25,101 nt of DNA from positions 248,001-273,101 of the forward strand of contig MU053594.1 in NCBI GenBank assembly GCA_013239625.1, given 5' to 3'. Origin of the DNA: Lama guanicoe. Lineage: Eukaryota. The translations under genes were made by a program, and so were the position numbers. The notes beneath the pieces are model-generated. The model was not told the origin of the DNA, made no database searches, and worked only from the letters and a program-made list of their open reading frames with translations. Positions 10,539 to 21,910 of the stretch are shown in pieces (position 1 is the first letter of the stretch; the number at the start of each line of letters is the position of its first letter).

Positions 10539-10934
10539 GGTGCAGAACAGGGGATGGGAACACCCATTAGTTGAGGGCTATTTAGATAAACTTAGATAAA
10601 ATTACACCTCACATACCTCAGACACCAGGAGTGTGCCCCGTACAAGACCCTCTCATCCTGGCCCTTGAAAACCCTCCCATGAGCCCCTCTTCTCTGCATA
10701 ACTAAATCTGATCTTTCCTTCAGCCTGGTGGGGAGATGCATGGGAGCAACAAACGAACAAAAGAGAATGAAGGGCCTGAAACAACTTTTTCAGATTTTTC
10801 GTATTTCCATATTTGACTTAATCCCCCAAATAATCACATGCTGATCCACACTGATTGACTTGCATCTTCCCCCCTAATTACGAGGATAAGAAAGGGTTGG
10901 CTTATATAGAAACAGGAGGAATTCCATTTGTCTA

Positions 10935-10995
10935 TAGGGCTGGCACAGTGCTTGGCATAAAGCAGGTGCTCAAAAATCTATGTTAATGGATGAAC
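10935..10995 (+). mobile_element. L2 3' terminus
   Basis: ggcacagtgcttggcataaagcaggtgctcaaaaatctatgttaatggatgaa. Confidence 0.65.
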
Positions 10996-11029
10996 ATGTG
11001 GCAGACACAGGGGAAACCTTTATAGCTGG

Positions 11030-11250
11030 GCAATATTGTGGGAGGAGCATTGGAATCAGAGAGAACTGGGTTCAAACTCTGGACCTGCTCCTGCCTACGT
11101 GCCTTGGGGCAGGTTATGTGACCTGTCTCAGCTTCAAGTTTTTCTCACTAATAAAAGCAAAGATGGACAGGGCTATGGTGAGAAACAACAGATAATGTGC
11201 ATGCAGTGTGCAGCATAGTAGATAAAAAGCAGTAGCTACTTTTATGATTG
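11030..11250 (+). mobile_element. MIR SINE
   Basis: ttggaatcagagagaactgggttcaaactctgg...ggcaggttatgtgacctgtctcagcttcaagtttttctcactaataaaa. Confidence 0.7.
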
Positions 11251-12329
11251 TTTTTAGCTGTCGGAACCACGCCAACTCAGGTTATGGAGAATGTTAACAA
11301 GAAGGATGGATAGTTCTCTCTTAGGATTATTAGAGGATCGTCCTGCCTAGAAGGGGAAGGACAGGGAGACGAACACTTGAGGCCCAAGCCTGCCTTGGGA
11401 TCCTAGGATTCTGGACTCCCATTGCGTGAAAAGTGCTTGCTTCCTGCTGCCCGGGAGAGCCAGGCGCTGGAGCAGAACATAAGCAGCCATGTCGCACAGT
11501 CTTCTAGGAGATGTGGGCTCTGTAGCCCAGCAGGGGGTACCAGCTTCTCTCCTCCTCTCTCTTGTTCGCTCTTTTCTCACCATCATATAAGGACAGTCCC
11601 ATAGGACCACATCCATACCCACCAGACACTCAGCGGCCAGTGCAGCTTCTCTTAAGGGTTATGGGTTGTCTTAGGTGCCAGAACACAATTTTCTTCCCCA
11701 GTTCCCAGAGACTAATCCTTTAGAGGGTAGAGAATGTGTCCCTTCTCTCAAAACAAAGATGTATTTTGGGCATCGTACACGTAGAATGCTGATGAAGGTG
11801 GGGAACAAGGATTTTGTAACCCAAGCACGGGCAGGATGGGAGGCTGTGGCAGGATGAGTTAGATACCAGGCAGTTTGCAAGGGCAACACGAGAGACCTGT
11901 CTCCTTGGTTACAACTCCATGACCACTAGCATTTTCACAGGTGGGTGGCCACTGGCACCAGAGCCAACCAGAGGACTGTGGCATCTCACACTCACCACCG
12001 CAGCTTCTGTTTTTCACTCAGACCTTCTCCTGTCTTCTTTTATCTCTCACTCCCTTGTATTTCCTTTTCTGCCTTTTTTTTTTTCTTGCAGCCTGTAGCT
12101 TTGTTAGACCTTTGGCAGCACCTGCTCACTCAGTCTCTCTGATGGTCAATGGGATGAAGTCCAGCTTTAGAATCCCTCAGAGCCAAGGCCAAGTGAGAGG
12201 CAGCCTCCTGCATGGAGTGCATGTGAGCGGGGACTTGAACACCAGGTCTGTCTGGCACCCTCGGCCCTCCGGCAGCAATGTTTGTGGGCGTCTTCTGTGC
12301 AACAAGGTGGTGCTTGGCTGTCACATCCT

Positions 12330-12680
12330 GTGATCTCATTAAATACAACAACCCTGCAAAACACATGTTTTCTCCCCATTTTCCAGATGAGGAAAGTTGA
12401 GTATCAGGCAAGGAAAAAGACTTAACACAGTGGTTGGAGCTTCAGCGAGCACCTGGTGGGGGTGGGGCTTGTTAAAACTCAGGTGGCTGGGCTCCAGCTT
12501 CAGTTTCTGATTCAGTGGGTCTGGAGTGGGGCCTGATAACTGGCATTTCAGTGAGCTCCTAAGAATGCAGATACTACTGCTCAGGGACCAGACTTTGAGG
12601 ACAATTGATTTTCGGGGTTGTGGCCAGGAAGCAACAGGTCAGGGATTGAAACCCAAGGCTGCCAATCCCAAGGCTGTCCT
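12330..12680 (-). mobile_element. MIR SINE interrupted by MER5A
   Basis: ccccattttccagatgaggaaagttgag before 12428; cagggattgaaacccaaggctgcc after 12610. Confidence 0.55.
12428..12607. mobile_element. MER5A DNA transposon, near full length
   Basis: cagtggtt...gggcttgttaaaactcag...tttctgattcagtgggtctggagtggggcctga...gggaccagactttgaggacaattg. Confidence 0.8.
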
Positions 12681-14274
12681 TTCCTGTCCACCTCAGCTGG
12701 CCTCCCTCTGTACAGGGTCAGTGTACCCTCTCCATCAATGCCCTGAGATCTCTACCTGGAAGTCGAGTAGACCAGCGGGGGTCACCTTAAATCTATAAGT
12801 TCCCAGAGAAAGAGGGCAAAGCAAAAGCAAGCTCCTGGAAAGGGCGAAGTTTCCAGGGCTCACTGGCCCCTGAGCTTCCTTCACAGGGTGTTTTATGGGT
12901 GAATTTTCAGTACCAGCATGGGGCAGGTGGGGAGCCCAGCCTCGCCAGAGCAAACAGCAGCCGGGGCAAGCGGGCAGAGGTTCACAGAAGGGGACCCCCA
13001 CCCCACCCCCTCAGGGCAGTTTTAAATTGCTACCGTATTTAATTGTTAACCCAGATCCTCCATTGGTTGAGGGGTTGGGAGAAAGGAGAGGCAGGGGATG
13101 CAGGGGAGGTGCAGAATGAGCTGTGAGAAGTTGTATTTCTCTCCATTCGGGGCTCACTGGGGATTCCGTACAGAGCAGCGCCTTGGGGCTCAGCGCGGAA
13201 GTTTATGTCAACCCCTGTGCTTGATGGGTTCGAGGTCTGTGCCTCCTGGTTAGTGGGACCCAGGAGGCTGGGGAACCCAGCTGCTCCTGGCACACGTCTT
13301 GGCATTCCTGCAGGCAGGGACTGACTTTGACCTTTGTGGGTCCCGAAATAGAAGTCAGAGCTAGTGTGAGGCACCATAAAGCTTCTTGGCAGCCACACGC
13401 TGTCACCCGGCTCTTCAAGGCATCGGCCTAAAAGAGGATGCACAGAAGGGCTGCCTGGAGGCAGAGAGATGGGCACTGAGATCTCCCTGGGGCCCTGCCA
13501 GCTGGAAATCCCAAGGATCTTGTGTCTCCTGTTTCCTGGAACTTCAGGACGCTAAGATGAATGCTTGCATGTGACCTCCTGCTGGGAGGTCCAACGAAGC
13601 GCTCCTCCCCCTCTGGCAATGAGGCTGTCATAGTTTTTATAGCTTTTATAGACTGTCATAGCTTTTACAGTGAGATGCTTAGCTTCACTTTCTCAGAGCC
13701 CTTGCTCCCAGGTGCATACCTGCCATTTGCGAGGTTCTGGGGACTTCCTCCAAACCACTGCCCTGCAGTACCTAGATCAGCACCTAGATCATTGCCCTCC
13801 TGTGACCACTGGGCACTTTTGGCCGAAGCACCACATCATACTAGGTATCTCCATTTGTGGTAAATTCTCTCCCAGAGTCTCTACCTGAAAGCTCTTTTTA
13901 TAATTTGGCCTCTGCCAGCTACCCCCAGTCTCCTACACCACCCTTTCCACTGCACCTGCCAAGCCCTTATGTGCCTGGAATCCAAATGTAGGTACTTAGA
14001 ATCCCTGTCCCCACACATAAATGATCCTCACCCCAGGGGTTCAGTGCATGGAAACAGATACTCCAAGACATGCATGTTGTTCAAATCTTGGGGCGATATT
14101 TTTTGGTCTGGATTGTTTGTTTGCTAACCTTTGTCATGGTTGTTCACTATTTTATTTTGTTCGGGATCTTAGCTGTGGAGGCTGGAGGTAACCACAGTTC
14201 TCATTTCATGTTACCTCCATCAGATCTGTGCGAGCTCTCCTTGTTACTTAATTCTTCCTCTTATTTCCATACCG

Positions 14275-15120
14275 AGAGTGACCATATGTTTATCATACAA
14301 GCAAGAACACTTTTGGGAAGAAAAAGAGGCACTTTAGGAACCCACCTACACTGTTGGTGGGGATGTAAATTGGTGCAGGCACTATGGAAAACAGTATGGT
14401 AAAAATAGACTTACCATATGATCCAGCAGTCTCACTCCTGGGCGTATAGCTGGAGAAAACTCTTAATTCAAAAAGATACATGCACCCCAATGTTCATAGC
14501 AGTACTATTTGCAATAGCCAAGACATGGAAGCAACCTAAATGTCCACTGACAGATGATTGGGTAAAGAAGGTGTGGAATACTACTCAGTCATAAAAAAGA
14601 ATAAAATATTGCCATTTGCAGCAACATGGATGGACCTGGAGTTTTCCACACTAAGTGAAGTAAGCTAGACAGAGAAAGACAAATAACCATATGATATCAC
14701 TTACACGTGGAATCTAAAATATGACACAAATGAAAAATGAACTCATTTATAAAACAGAAACAGACTTACATAGAAAACAAAGTTACGGTTACCAAAGGGG
14801 AAAAGGGGCAGGAATAAATTAGGAATTTGGGATTAACAGATACAAACTACTATATATAAAATAGATAAACAATAAGGTCCTACTATACAGCACAGGGAAA
14901 TATACTCAATACCCTGTAATAAATCATAATGGAAAAGTACATGAAAAAGAATATATGTATACATGTACAACTGAATCACTTTGCTGTACACCAGAAGCTA
15001 ACACAATATTGTAAATCAACTATACTTTAATTTAAAAAAAAAAAGAAAAAAAAAAGAAAAAGAGACACTTAAGTCCTTGTTATGCTGGGACCACAGGTGT
15101 AAACCAGGACATAGGGTTCC
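14275..15120. mobile_element. MER94-like hAT-Blackjack element split by an L1 (halves ~14275-14334 and ~15071-15120)
   Basis: agagtgaccatatgtttatcatacaagcaagaacacttttg on the left and tatgctgggaccacaggtgtaaaccaggacatagg on the right resemble consecutive parts of MER94 as I recall it. Confidence 0.55.
14337..15053 (+). mobile_element. 5'-truncated LINE-1 (end of ORF2, 3'UTR, poly-A) with TSD
   Basis: ggaacccacctacactgttggtggggatgtaaattggtgcag...aagacatggaagcaacctaaatgtcca...taaatcaactatact plus A tail; TSD aagaaaaagaggcactt 14318-14334 / aagaaaaagagacactt 15054-15070. Confidence 0.92.
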
Positions 15121-15139
15121 TGCTTGTTCCCATGTCCGT

Positions 15140-15560
15140 TCCTGTGTCCCTCTGACAACCAGTCTATTTTGTTTAATTTGTGTGTTGTTTTTCCATATTT
15201 TTACTAAATGCGTATTTTTGTTTTATGTACATGCATCTATAATTCACCTAAATGATATTTTGCTAAAGATCTATCACTGTTTCTCATCTTTTTCACTAAG
15301 CCTTGTTCACGTTTACACAGAATCCATTGCTTCTAGTGGATGCATAATACTCCGTGTTGTGCAACCACCACGGGTACCAATGTGCCCACCTGGTGGTGGA
15401 CACCCTGCTGCCCAGCCTCACCCCATCACGGGTTATGCCATCGTGATGCTCCTCATTCAGGAAGCCTCAAGAGATGCTGTGAGAGTTACTTTGGGATCTC
15501 AGGAGCAGAATTGCCAGGTTGTTATTTAAGTAAGCAGTACCAGATTGCTTTCCAAAATTT
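15140..15560 (-). mobile_element. Ancient L1 (L1ME-like) 3' region
   Basis: ggtggacacc...ctcaggagcagaattgccaggtt...taccagattgctttccaaaa resembles antisense old L1. Confidence 0.55.
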
Positions 15561-15769
15561 GCCCGACTCTTCGTGACTGATGTATAAATTTCAGCTCCAG
15601 CCCAGCTGGGACACCCGGGGAGGAGAAGGCTGAGAACAGAAGCCAAAGAAGCACCAGAATTTTGGGAGTGAGAAGAGGAAGGAGCTATGACGGGCGGTGG
15701 AGAATGTGATCAAAGTGGTCCTAAAGGCAGGAGGGAAAGCAGGGAGGGCAGTAGAAAGACAACACAGGT

Positions 15770-15960
15770 TGCACGGTGGTGCCGAACTCTGGCTGTGAAG
15801 TCAGAGCGCCCAGCTGGTTTTGTGACTTAGGGTTTCTCATGTGCACTTGGCTTTGGTTTCCTCACAAGTCAACTGGCCCAACGAGTCCCTGCTTTGACAG
15901 ATTGTAACTTCGTCCTGTATCTGGTACATGATAAGCACTCAGCAAATGTTAAGTGTTTGA
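15770..15960 (+). mobile_element. MIR SINE
   Basis: ggctgtgaagtcagagcgccc...tgtgacttaggg...ggtttcctcac...ctggtacatgataagcactcagcaaatgttaag. Confidence 0.55.
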
Positions 15961-15984
15961 TTCTCTAACAGCTTTTCATTCAAA

Positions 15985-16135
15985 GCACTTTTATCAGAGT
16001 TTGTGTATGTTGTCATTTGTATGATTAGTTAGTTAATATCTGTATCTTCCACTAAACTGTAGGCTGCCTGGGACCGGGACCCCGTGTACCCAGGGAACAG
16101 GCATCAAATCACTTCAGCCACATTCTATTGAATAT
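15985..16135 (+). mobile_element. L2 3' end fragment
   Basis: ttaatatctgtatcttccactaaactgtaggctgcctgggaccgggacc. Confidence 0.5.
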
Positions 16136-16224
16136 CAGCAAAGACACAAACTTGACCCACATTTAAGGCGAAGTGTCCACACAAAGGTATGAATACAGTT
16201 AGGTGTGCTTCACTGAGGCACAGA

Positions 16225-16675
16225 CTACCACAGTTGTTAATGCTATTTGTGTCCAGCTTAAAAAAATCGTGGACGCCTACAAGAGCATGGAGATTTTCCA
16301 TGTTTTATTTTTAAAGCTTTTTTGTGCTTTACCTTTCACATTTAGGTCTCCCATCTATCCAGAATGGATGTTTGTGATCGATGTGAAGTAGGAGTCAAGA
16401 TTCATTTTTTTTCCCATGTGGACACTCAATGTATTAAAAAGACCATCCTTCTACCATTGCCATGCAGCACCATCCTGGTCAAAAACCAAGAGTTTATTTC
16501 TGGACTTTGTCTTTTGTTGATTTAGTACATGTACCTATGGCTGCCCCTATCCCAGTCTGCCTTGATTATTATAATTATGTAAAAAGTCTTGAAAACCAGT
16601 AATGTAAATCTTACAATATTCTTATTCTTCTTATAACAAAAGATGGTCCTTATTTTCTTGGCTTTTAGCATTTTT
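16225..16675 (-). mobile_element. Ancient L1 ORF2 remnant
   Basis: ttacctttcacatttaggtct...gatgtgaagtaggagtcaagattcattttt...aaaagaccatccttctaccattg; decayed antisense ORF2, same region as 24713-25101. Confidence 0.7.
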
Positions 16676-16679
16676 CACA

Positions 16680-17400
16680 AGTGCATTAAAATACAATAAG
16701 ATAATAAAAGGATAATGAGATTGTTATGGATTGAATTGTGCCTCCCAAAAGATGTGGGGAATTCCTAACTCCTAGTGCCTCAGAATGTGATCTTGTTTAG
16801 AATAGGGTCTTTGCAGATGTAGTCAGGTTAAGATAAGGTCATATTGGAGTAGGGTGGGCCAACATGTAGGGTGGGTCCTACTCCAATGTGAGTGGTATTC
16901 TTATAAGAAGAAGACAGAATCACAGAAAGAGAAGGTGATGTGGCAACAGAGGCAGAGATTGGAGTGATGTAGTGGCAAGCCAAGGAACACCGAAGAGCAA
17001 TAACCATGACCACCACCACACCTAGAAAGGGTCCTCCCCTACCGTTTTCAGAAGGAGCACGGCCTTGTTGACATCTTGATTTCCAACATCTAGCCTCCAG
17101 ACTGTGAGATTAAAATTTTCTATTGTTTTAAGCCACCCAGTTTGTGAGATTTGGGGGTACAGTAGCCCTAGGCAACTAATACAAAGATGCTATAACAAAC
17201 AACCTTACATTCGGAAATTGAAATGAAATAGACAAATTCCTAGGGTAACACACTTACAAAATGGACACAAAAAGAAATTAAAAATTTGAAATCCTCTATT
17301 AAATTGAATCTGTAACTTTAACAAATTTTCTCCACAAAGAAAGCTGTAGACTCAGATGACTTCACCAGTGATTTTACCAAACTTTAAGAGACACATTGTA
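16680..17400 (+). mobile_element. Ancient L1 ORF2 remnant interrupted by MLT1C
   Basis: gaaatagacaaattcctag...cacaaagaaagctgtagactcagatgacttcaccagtgattttaccaaac corresponds to the region around the GPDGFT motif of ORF2. Confidence 0.65.
16722..17183 (+). mobile_element. MLT1C-like ERVL-MaLR solo LTR, complete
   Basis: Starts tgttatggattgaattgtg and ends aactaataca (TG...CA); internal cagaggcagagattggagtgatg and tagcctccagactgtgaga; 5-bp TSD gagat 16717-16721 / aagat 17184-17188. Confidence 0.85.
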
Positions 17401-18042
17401 AGTCGTCAGTAACATGGAAAATTGTTCAAGGTTAGAGTTGGGTATTACGAGATCCCAGGCAAAAAGGATGGAGACATACTCTTGCAGTGAAAATGAGGAT
17501 GGTAAAGAAAGAGAGATTAGGGCATCTGTGGATGTTCTAGACCTGAGAGAAAGGTGATGGAATGACATCCTTGCTCAGGTGTCTGGCTTGGACACCTGAT
17601 TCAACTGTTGTGACGTTCACTGAAACAGAGAACATGGAAAGTACAGCTGAAGGAGGGGGTTAGTAGGAATTGAAATTTGACCTGTTGACTTTGAGGGGAC
17701 TCTCCAAGGAGGAACGTTAGACACACATGTAGTTCAGGAGTGCTGTGCGGGTTGAGGATACAGGCTTAAGAATTAGGCTCCCACTGAGTGATAGTTGAAA
17801 CTAGGAGAGAGGAAGGATTGTTGTCACATGAGGAGAGGTCAAGGACAGAAGCCTGAGGACTATGAAGACCTGTCATCAGTTGTCAGTCAGGAAACTACTG
17901 CAATTTAAAAACACAAAGACAAAAACAAAACAAAACCCCCTATACAACTAGATTAAACAAAAAAGAAAACATTGTTATTGCACATTAACAAGTGATCTCA
18001 AGGTAGAGCGGCTGCAGGTTGGTGGATGGGTCAGAGGGACCC

Positions 18043-18232
18043 TGTGTTAGGTTCATAAAGCTGCCAGAACAAAGTCCCACATGTCGGATGGCTCGAAACA
18101 ATAGAAGTTTGTTGTCTTACAGCTCTGGAGGCTAGAGGTCTAAGGTCAGTCATCGGCAAGGCCATGCTCCCTCTGAGACCTGCAGGAGAGACTCCAGTCT
18201 CTGCCTCCATTGTCACACGGCCATCTTCTTTC
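18043..18232 (-). mobile_element. MLT1C-like LTR, partial
   Basis: gctgccagaacaaagtcccaca...aaacaatagaagtttgttgtcttacagctctggaggctagaggtc...gccatgctccctctga; reverse-complement homologue of the 3' part of 16722-17183. Confidence 0.8.
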
Positions 18233-18397
18233 TGGGGATCTCCCAGATGGATTGTTAAAACACAGACATTGAGCCCCACTCCCAGGGCTGTGGGTTCAGT
18301 CGGTCTGGAGTGAGGTCTGAGAATCTGAATGTTCAACAAGTTTCCAGGTGAGGCTGAGTGCTGCCGGTCTTGGGACCACACTTTGAGAATCAATGGC
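18233..18397. mobile_element. MER5A DNA transposon
   Basis: ttgttaaaacacagacattgagccccactcccag...aacaagtttccaggtgaggctga...gggaccacactttgagaatca. Confidence 0.8.
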
Positions 18398-19189
18398 TTA
18401 GACTAACCAGGATTCATCTCAGAGGACTTCGGGCTTAGCTCCTGGGAAAGGCGTTGCCACTCGGAGGAGGGAGGATAACTGAACAAAGTAGGATGCTATC
18501 AGAAAGAAGCAGGGGGAGAAAACTGCTGGGGAGGCAATCAGTAGTATCTGCTATGGAATGGCCAAAGGACAGTCCAGAAAAGACCGAGAAAGAGTGTGTC
18601 CAGACAGGCGAGAGGGATTTCAGAATGGAGCCATGTCGGGGGCGCCAAAGAGAAGAGATTTAGGGAGAGAGAGGTCCACACAATTAATACCACCAAGAGG
18701 GCCCAGAAGATGACCATTGGATTGGACAACTAGGAGGTCTTTATTGATCTTAGCAAGAGCAGGTCTATTTTGGAAACAAGACATGGAAACAGTTACACAA
18801 AATACAAGTTACATACATGTCTTATCTGCCACCAATGCCAAGTGCTGGAGCTAATTCCTAGAGTTGGGGCTGGTTTTCCTGGAATCTGGGTAACCAGGTG
18901 AGTGATGAGAGGGGGCCATGGGTTTTGATTTACTGCTGAGCAGTGAAATACATTCACTGAGGCAGAACGCTCAGTGTTCTGAGCTCAAGCTCAAACACAG
19001 CCACATCGTGAGTCCTGACTTACAGACAAGAGGTCATGACTGGGGAGGAAAGGTTTGCACATCCTCATCTATTTGCTGGACCACACAGCCACCTCCACAT
19101 ATGTTCAGATGTGCCCTTGGAGCCATCCCAATTTCCTCCTACTTTTTCGTTCTGTGCACATTTATCATCTAGCTTCATGTATATGCATA

Positions 19190-19340
19190 GCTGTCTACAG
19201 GCAAGTCCAGGTTCTGCCACTTGCTACTGGAAGACCTCTCTTGGCCTCCATTCTCATGTTTGTGAAATAGAGACAGTACTTGCATCTCTCATAGGATTGT
19301 CATGAGAGTTAAGCGAGATCATGTGTATAAATAAAAATAC
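19190..19340 (+). mobile_element. MIR SINE
   Basis: aagtccaggttctgccacttgcta...ggcctccattctcatgtttgtgaaatagaga...ctcataggattgtcatgagagttaa. Confidence 0.7.
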
Positions 19341-19463
19341 AGGTATATGTAATTGTCATTATGCCTACACATCCATTACTCTCTCTCTCCACATAGCATC
19401 ATCAGCGAGCTAACAATTGATTCCCAAGTGTTGGATTAGTACAGTTTTAAAGGTGTATTTATA

Positions 19464-19889
19464 TTGCATGATTCCAGCCTTATGACATTCTGGTAAAGGC
19501 AAAACTACGGACTCATTAAAAAGATCAGTGGTTGCCAGGGCTTGTGGAGGGATGGAGGGGAGGGTGGGGGTGGACAGGCAGAGCACAGAGGATTTTTAGG
19601 GCAGTGAAACTAATCTGTAGGACCTGTAGTGATGGATACATGTCATCGCACATCTGTCCAAGCCCGTAGGATGTACAGCACCAAGAGCGAAGCCTGCGGC
19701 AAACTATGGATTCTCGGTAATCATGATGGGCGAATGTCAGTTCATCAATTGTAACAAGCATAACACTCTGATGGGGGTGTTCAGAATGAGGGAGGTTATG
19801 TGGTGGGGGAGGGGTACATGGGTAATCTCTGTACCTTCCACTTAATTTTGCTGTGAATCTAAAACTGCTCTAAAATAAATCTTTTTTTT
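19464..19889 (+). mobile_element. L1MC1-like 3' end with TSD
   Basis: atgacattctggtaaaggcaaaactacgg...agatcagtggttgccaggg...ttttgctgtgaatctaaaactgctctaaaataaa; exact repeat gtgtatttata at 19453-19463 and 19893-19903. Confidence 0.85.
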
Positions 19890-20082
19890 AAAGTGTATTT
19901 ATAGCCTTATACCCACCTGTGTATGGCTAACCTAGAGACACGCTTGCTTCTAGCTTTGCACATAAACATACACACATCTAGACACCTGTCTACATGTCTT
20001 TCTAGCAGCTACATGAGTAACATGGAGGCACCGAATCTCCATTGGTGACACTGATGTACACAACTCTCTCTCCCTATGTAAA

Positions 20083-20541
20083 TGTAATCGGGGTCCTCTG
20101 AGAGTCAGATGCCAATGGGGGGTTAACTGTGCAAGCACTTTATTGGGGAGAATGGCTCTGAGAGGAGCCAGGGAGGGAGACAGGGAGGGCTGGGAGAGCT
20201 GTCAGACCACTCTGCGAGTCTGGTCCGAGTGAAGGAGAGAGGGAAGGGATGAGGGAAGCAGTCCTCCTGGACTGCCCTGCAGTGGAAGAAAGGCTTGGCA
20301 AGCCCGTCAGGGAGTCCTCCAGCCCCTCGTTCATCAGGGGAGCACCTGTATCCCAGAAGTGGGCGTCTCTAAGCATCCCTGCCACACAGCCACTGGCCAG
20401 GAGCGGCTTGTGGGAGGCGTGGCCACAGCACCTGCACTGCCAGCAATTTCAGGGCAGCAGCCGAGCCCTTGATCAACGACCCTCAGTGTAACTGGAGGTC
20501 CAGCGGCGGGGCATTCTCAGCGCCACCCTATGTGGTGCCAC
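20083..20541 (-). mobile_element. LTR16-family (ERVL) solo LTR
   Basis: gcaagcactttattggggag...gggagagctgtcagaccac...gggagtcctccagcc...cactggccaggagcggc...gtggtgccac follows the motif order of antisense LTR16C/E as I recall it. Confidence 0.65.
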
Positions 20542-21039
20542 TTATTTCTGCATTTGATCTAAACACTCCAGATTACAAAACAGAAAAACAGTTGGAACTT
20601 GAAGGATGAATCACCTGTGTGGTTCTCCCCTGCTACCATGTTTCTAGATGGAGCCTCTGCTCAGAGAGGCCCTCAGGCTGGCGCCTCAGGAAGGCCGTCC
20701 CAGGGTGTGGCTTGTGCTCTGCTCCAGGCACGCCTTGGGGAGCTCTGGCCAAGCTGATTGCTGCTGCTCCCTTGCTCCTTGCAGGGGAGATTTGCCTACC
20801 CAAGCACGGGAGAGGCCAGGACACTCTTGGCTGGGGTCTGCGAGGACCCAAACCTCAGAGCAGGGACAGGGTGGGTGCGGAACTCTTCATCTGAGATTCC
20901 CCACATGCTACCCGCTCCCTGGGGTCCATGACCTCCTTTGTGATGGGGCTGCCCATCCAGCCCTGATCAGGGGACAAGGGACCGAGGGCGGCCAACGGGC
21001 TGGTGGCTCTGAGTGAGTCACCCTGTGTCCAAGGCCAGG

Positions 21040-21400
21040 TCCTACTGATGAAATTGCCACAGTGGCCCAAGCCCAGTACTGTACAGACGAAAAGTCTTAT
21101 TTATGTGAAAGATACATCTACAGAGGGAGCGATAAACTGCGAAGTATGAAGGTTTGCAGCAAACGCTGTAAAGTTTTATATTCCTGAAAACTAGGGATAA
21201 AAGATAAAACCATTTAAAGCAAAGTGGATAAAAGGGGCTTCCACACGACTGTAAAACAGCCTTAGAACAGTTAATTGCTAGCTTCTTGTTACAGCAAAGA
21301 GAGTCAAAATAGCCTTTAAAATACCCATTACCGGAAAGCAAAAGGGAGAGATGACAAGGACAGGAGGGAGTGACCTGTCAGAAAGAGCGTTTGGGCCCCA
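21040..21400. promoter_or_regulatory. Candidate enhancer, AT-rich with clustered GATAAA motifs
   Basis: Four GATAAA in ~100 bp (21131, 21196, 21203, 21227), TGACCTGTCA ~21371-21380; no recognisable repeat. Confidence 0.35.
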
Positions 21401-21759
21401 GGCCCCAAGTGCTCTCAGAGGAGGGACCACTGCCATTCCTACACGACCGTCCTGTCCGCAGTACTGAGGGGCTGGTTGCTGTCCAAGCCTCTTGTGGAAA
21501 CCACAAAGACCTTGAGTGACCGTGGACAAATCATGTCACCGGCCTGGGCCACAGCATCTTCTCCACAAGGAAAAGAGTGCGTGATGGCTTCTCAGGTCCT
21601 TCCAGGTCCAGTGCTGTCACCACTGTCCACCCAGCACCTCCATATTCCAGGCACCATGCTAGGAAGGCCGCAGGAAGGAAGGTTAAGATTCCGAGAACAG
21701 TGGAGATCGTTGCAATTCCATGTGATACTTCATGTAACAGAGGTGTGTGCGAGTCTGAT

Positions 21760-21910
21760 GGACACCCGGGGAAGACGGCTCTGAGAACTCTCAGAGGAGA
21801 TGACATCTGAGCTGCATCTTGGGAGTGAGCAGGAACTTGTCAGAATGACATACTAGGCAGAGGGACTAGCATGTGCAAAGGCCCATGACCAGAGCTTCCA
21901 GAGTGGTACA
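21760..21910 (-). mobile_element. L2 fragment
   Basis: cagaggagatgacatctgagctgcatcttgg...ctaggcagagggactagcatgtgcaaaggccc. Confidence 0.65.

Larger units (their letters stand above)
17871..18553 (-). mobile_element. Old MLT1 LTR (MLT1I/J/K-like; pieces ~17871-18042 and ~18398-18553)
   Basis: aactagattaaacaaaaaagaaaacattgttattgcacattaac and gctggggaggcaatcagtagtatctgctat resemble the two ends of an antisense old MLT1. Confidence 0.5.
17490..18770 (-). mobile_element. L2 remnant (pieces ~17490-17870 and ~18555-18770) hosting nested insertions
   Basis: caggtgtctggcttggacacctg...ttcactgaaacagagaacatggaa and cattggattggacaactaggaggtctttattgatcttagcaagagcag resemble antisense L2. Confidence 0.6.

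Noticed and set aside
10262..10599. LLFSS and EEKRR repeat ORFs
   Set aside because: Artefacts of the (TTCTC)n microsatellite.
13625..13670. Short tandem duplication of ctgtcatag(t/c)tttta
   Set aside because: Ordinary local slippage; not an array or CRISPR.
19549..19570. G-quadruplex-like GGG tracts
   Set aside because: Lies in the G-rich stretch common to L1 3'UTRs; not locus-specific.
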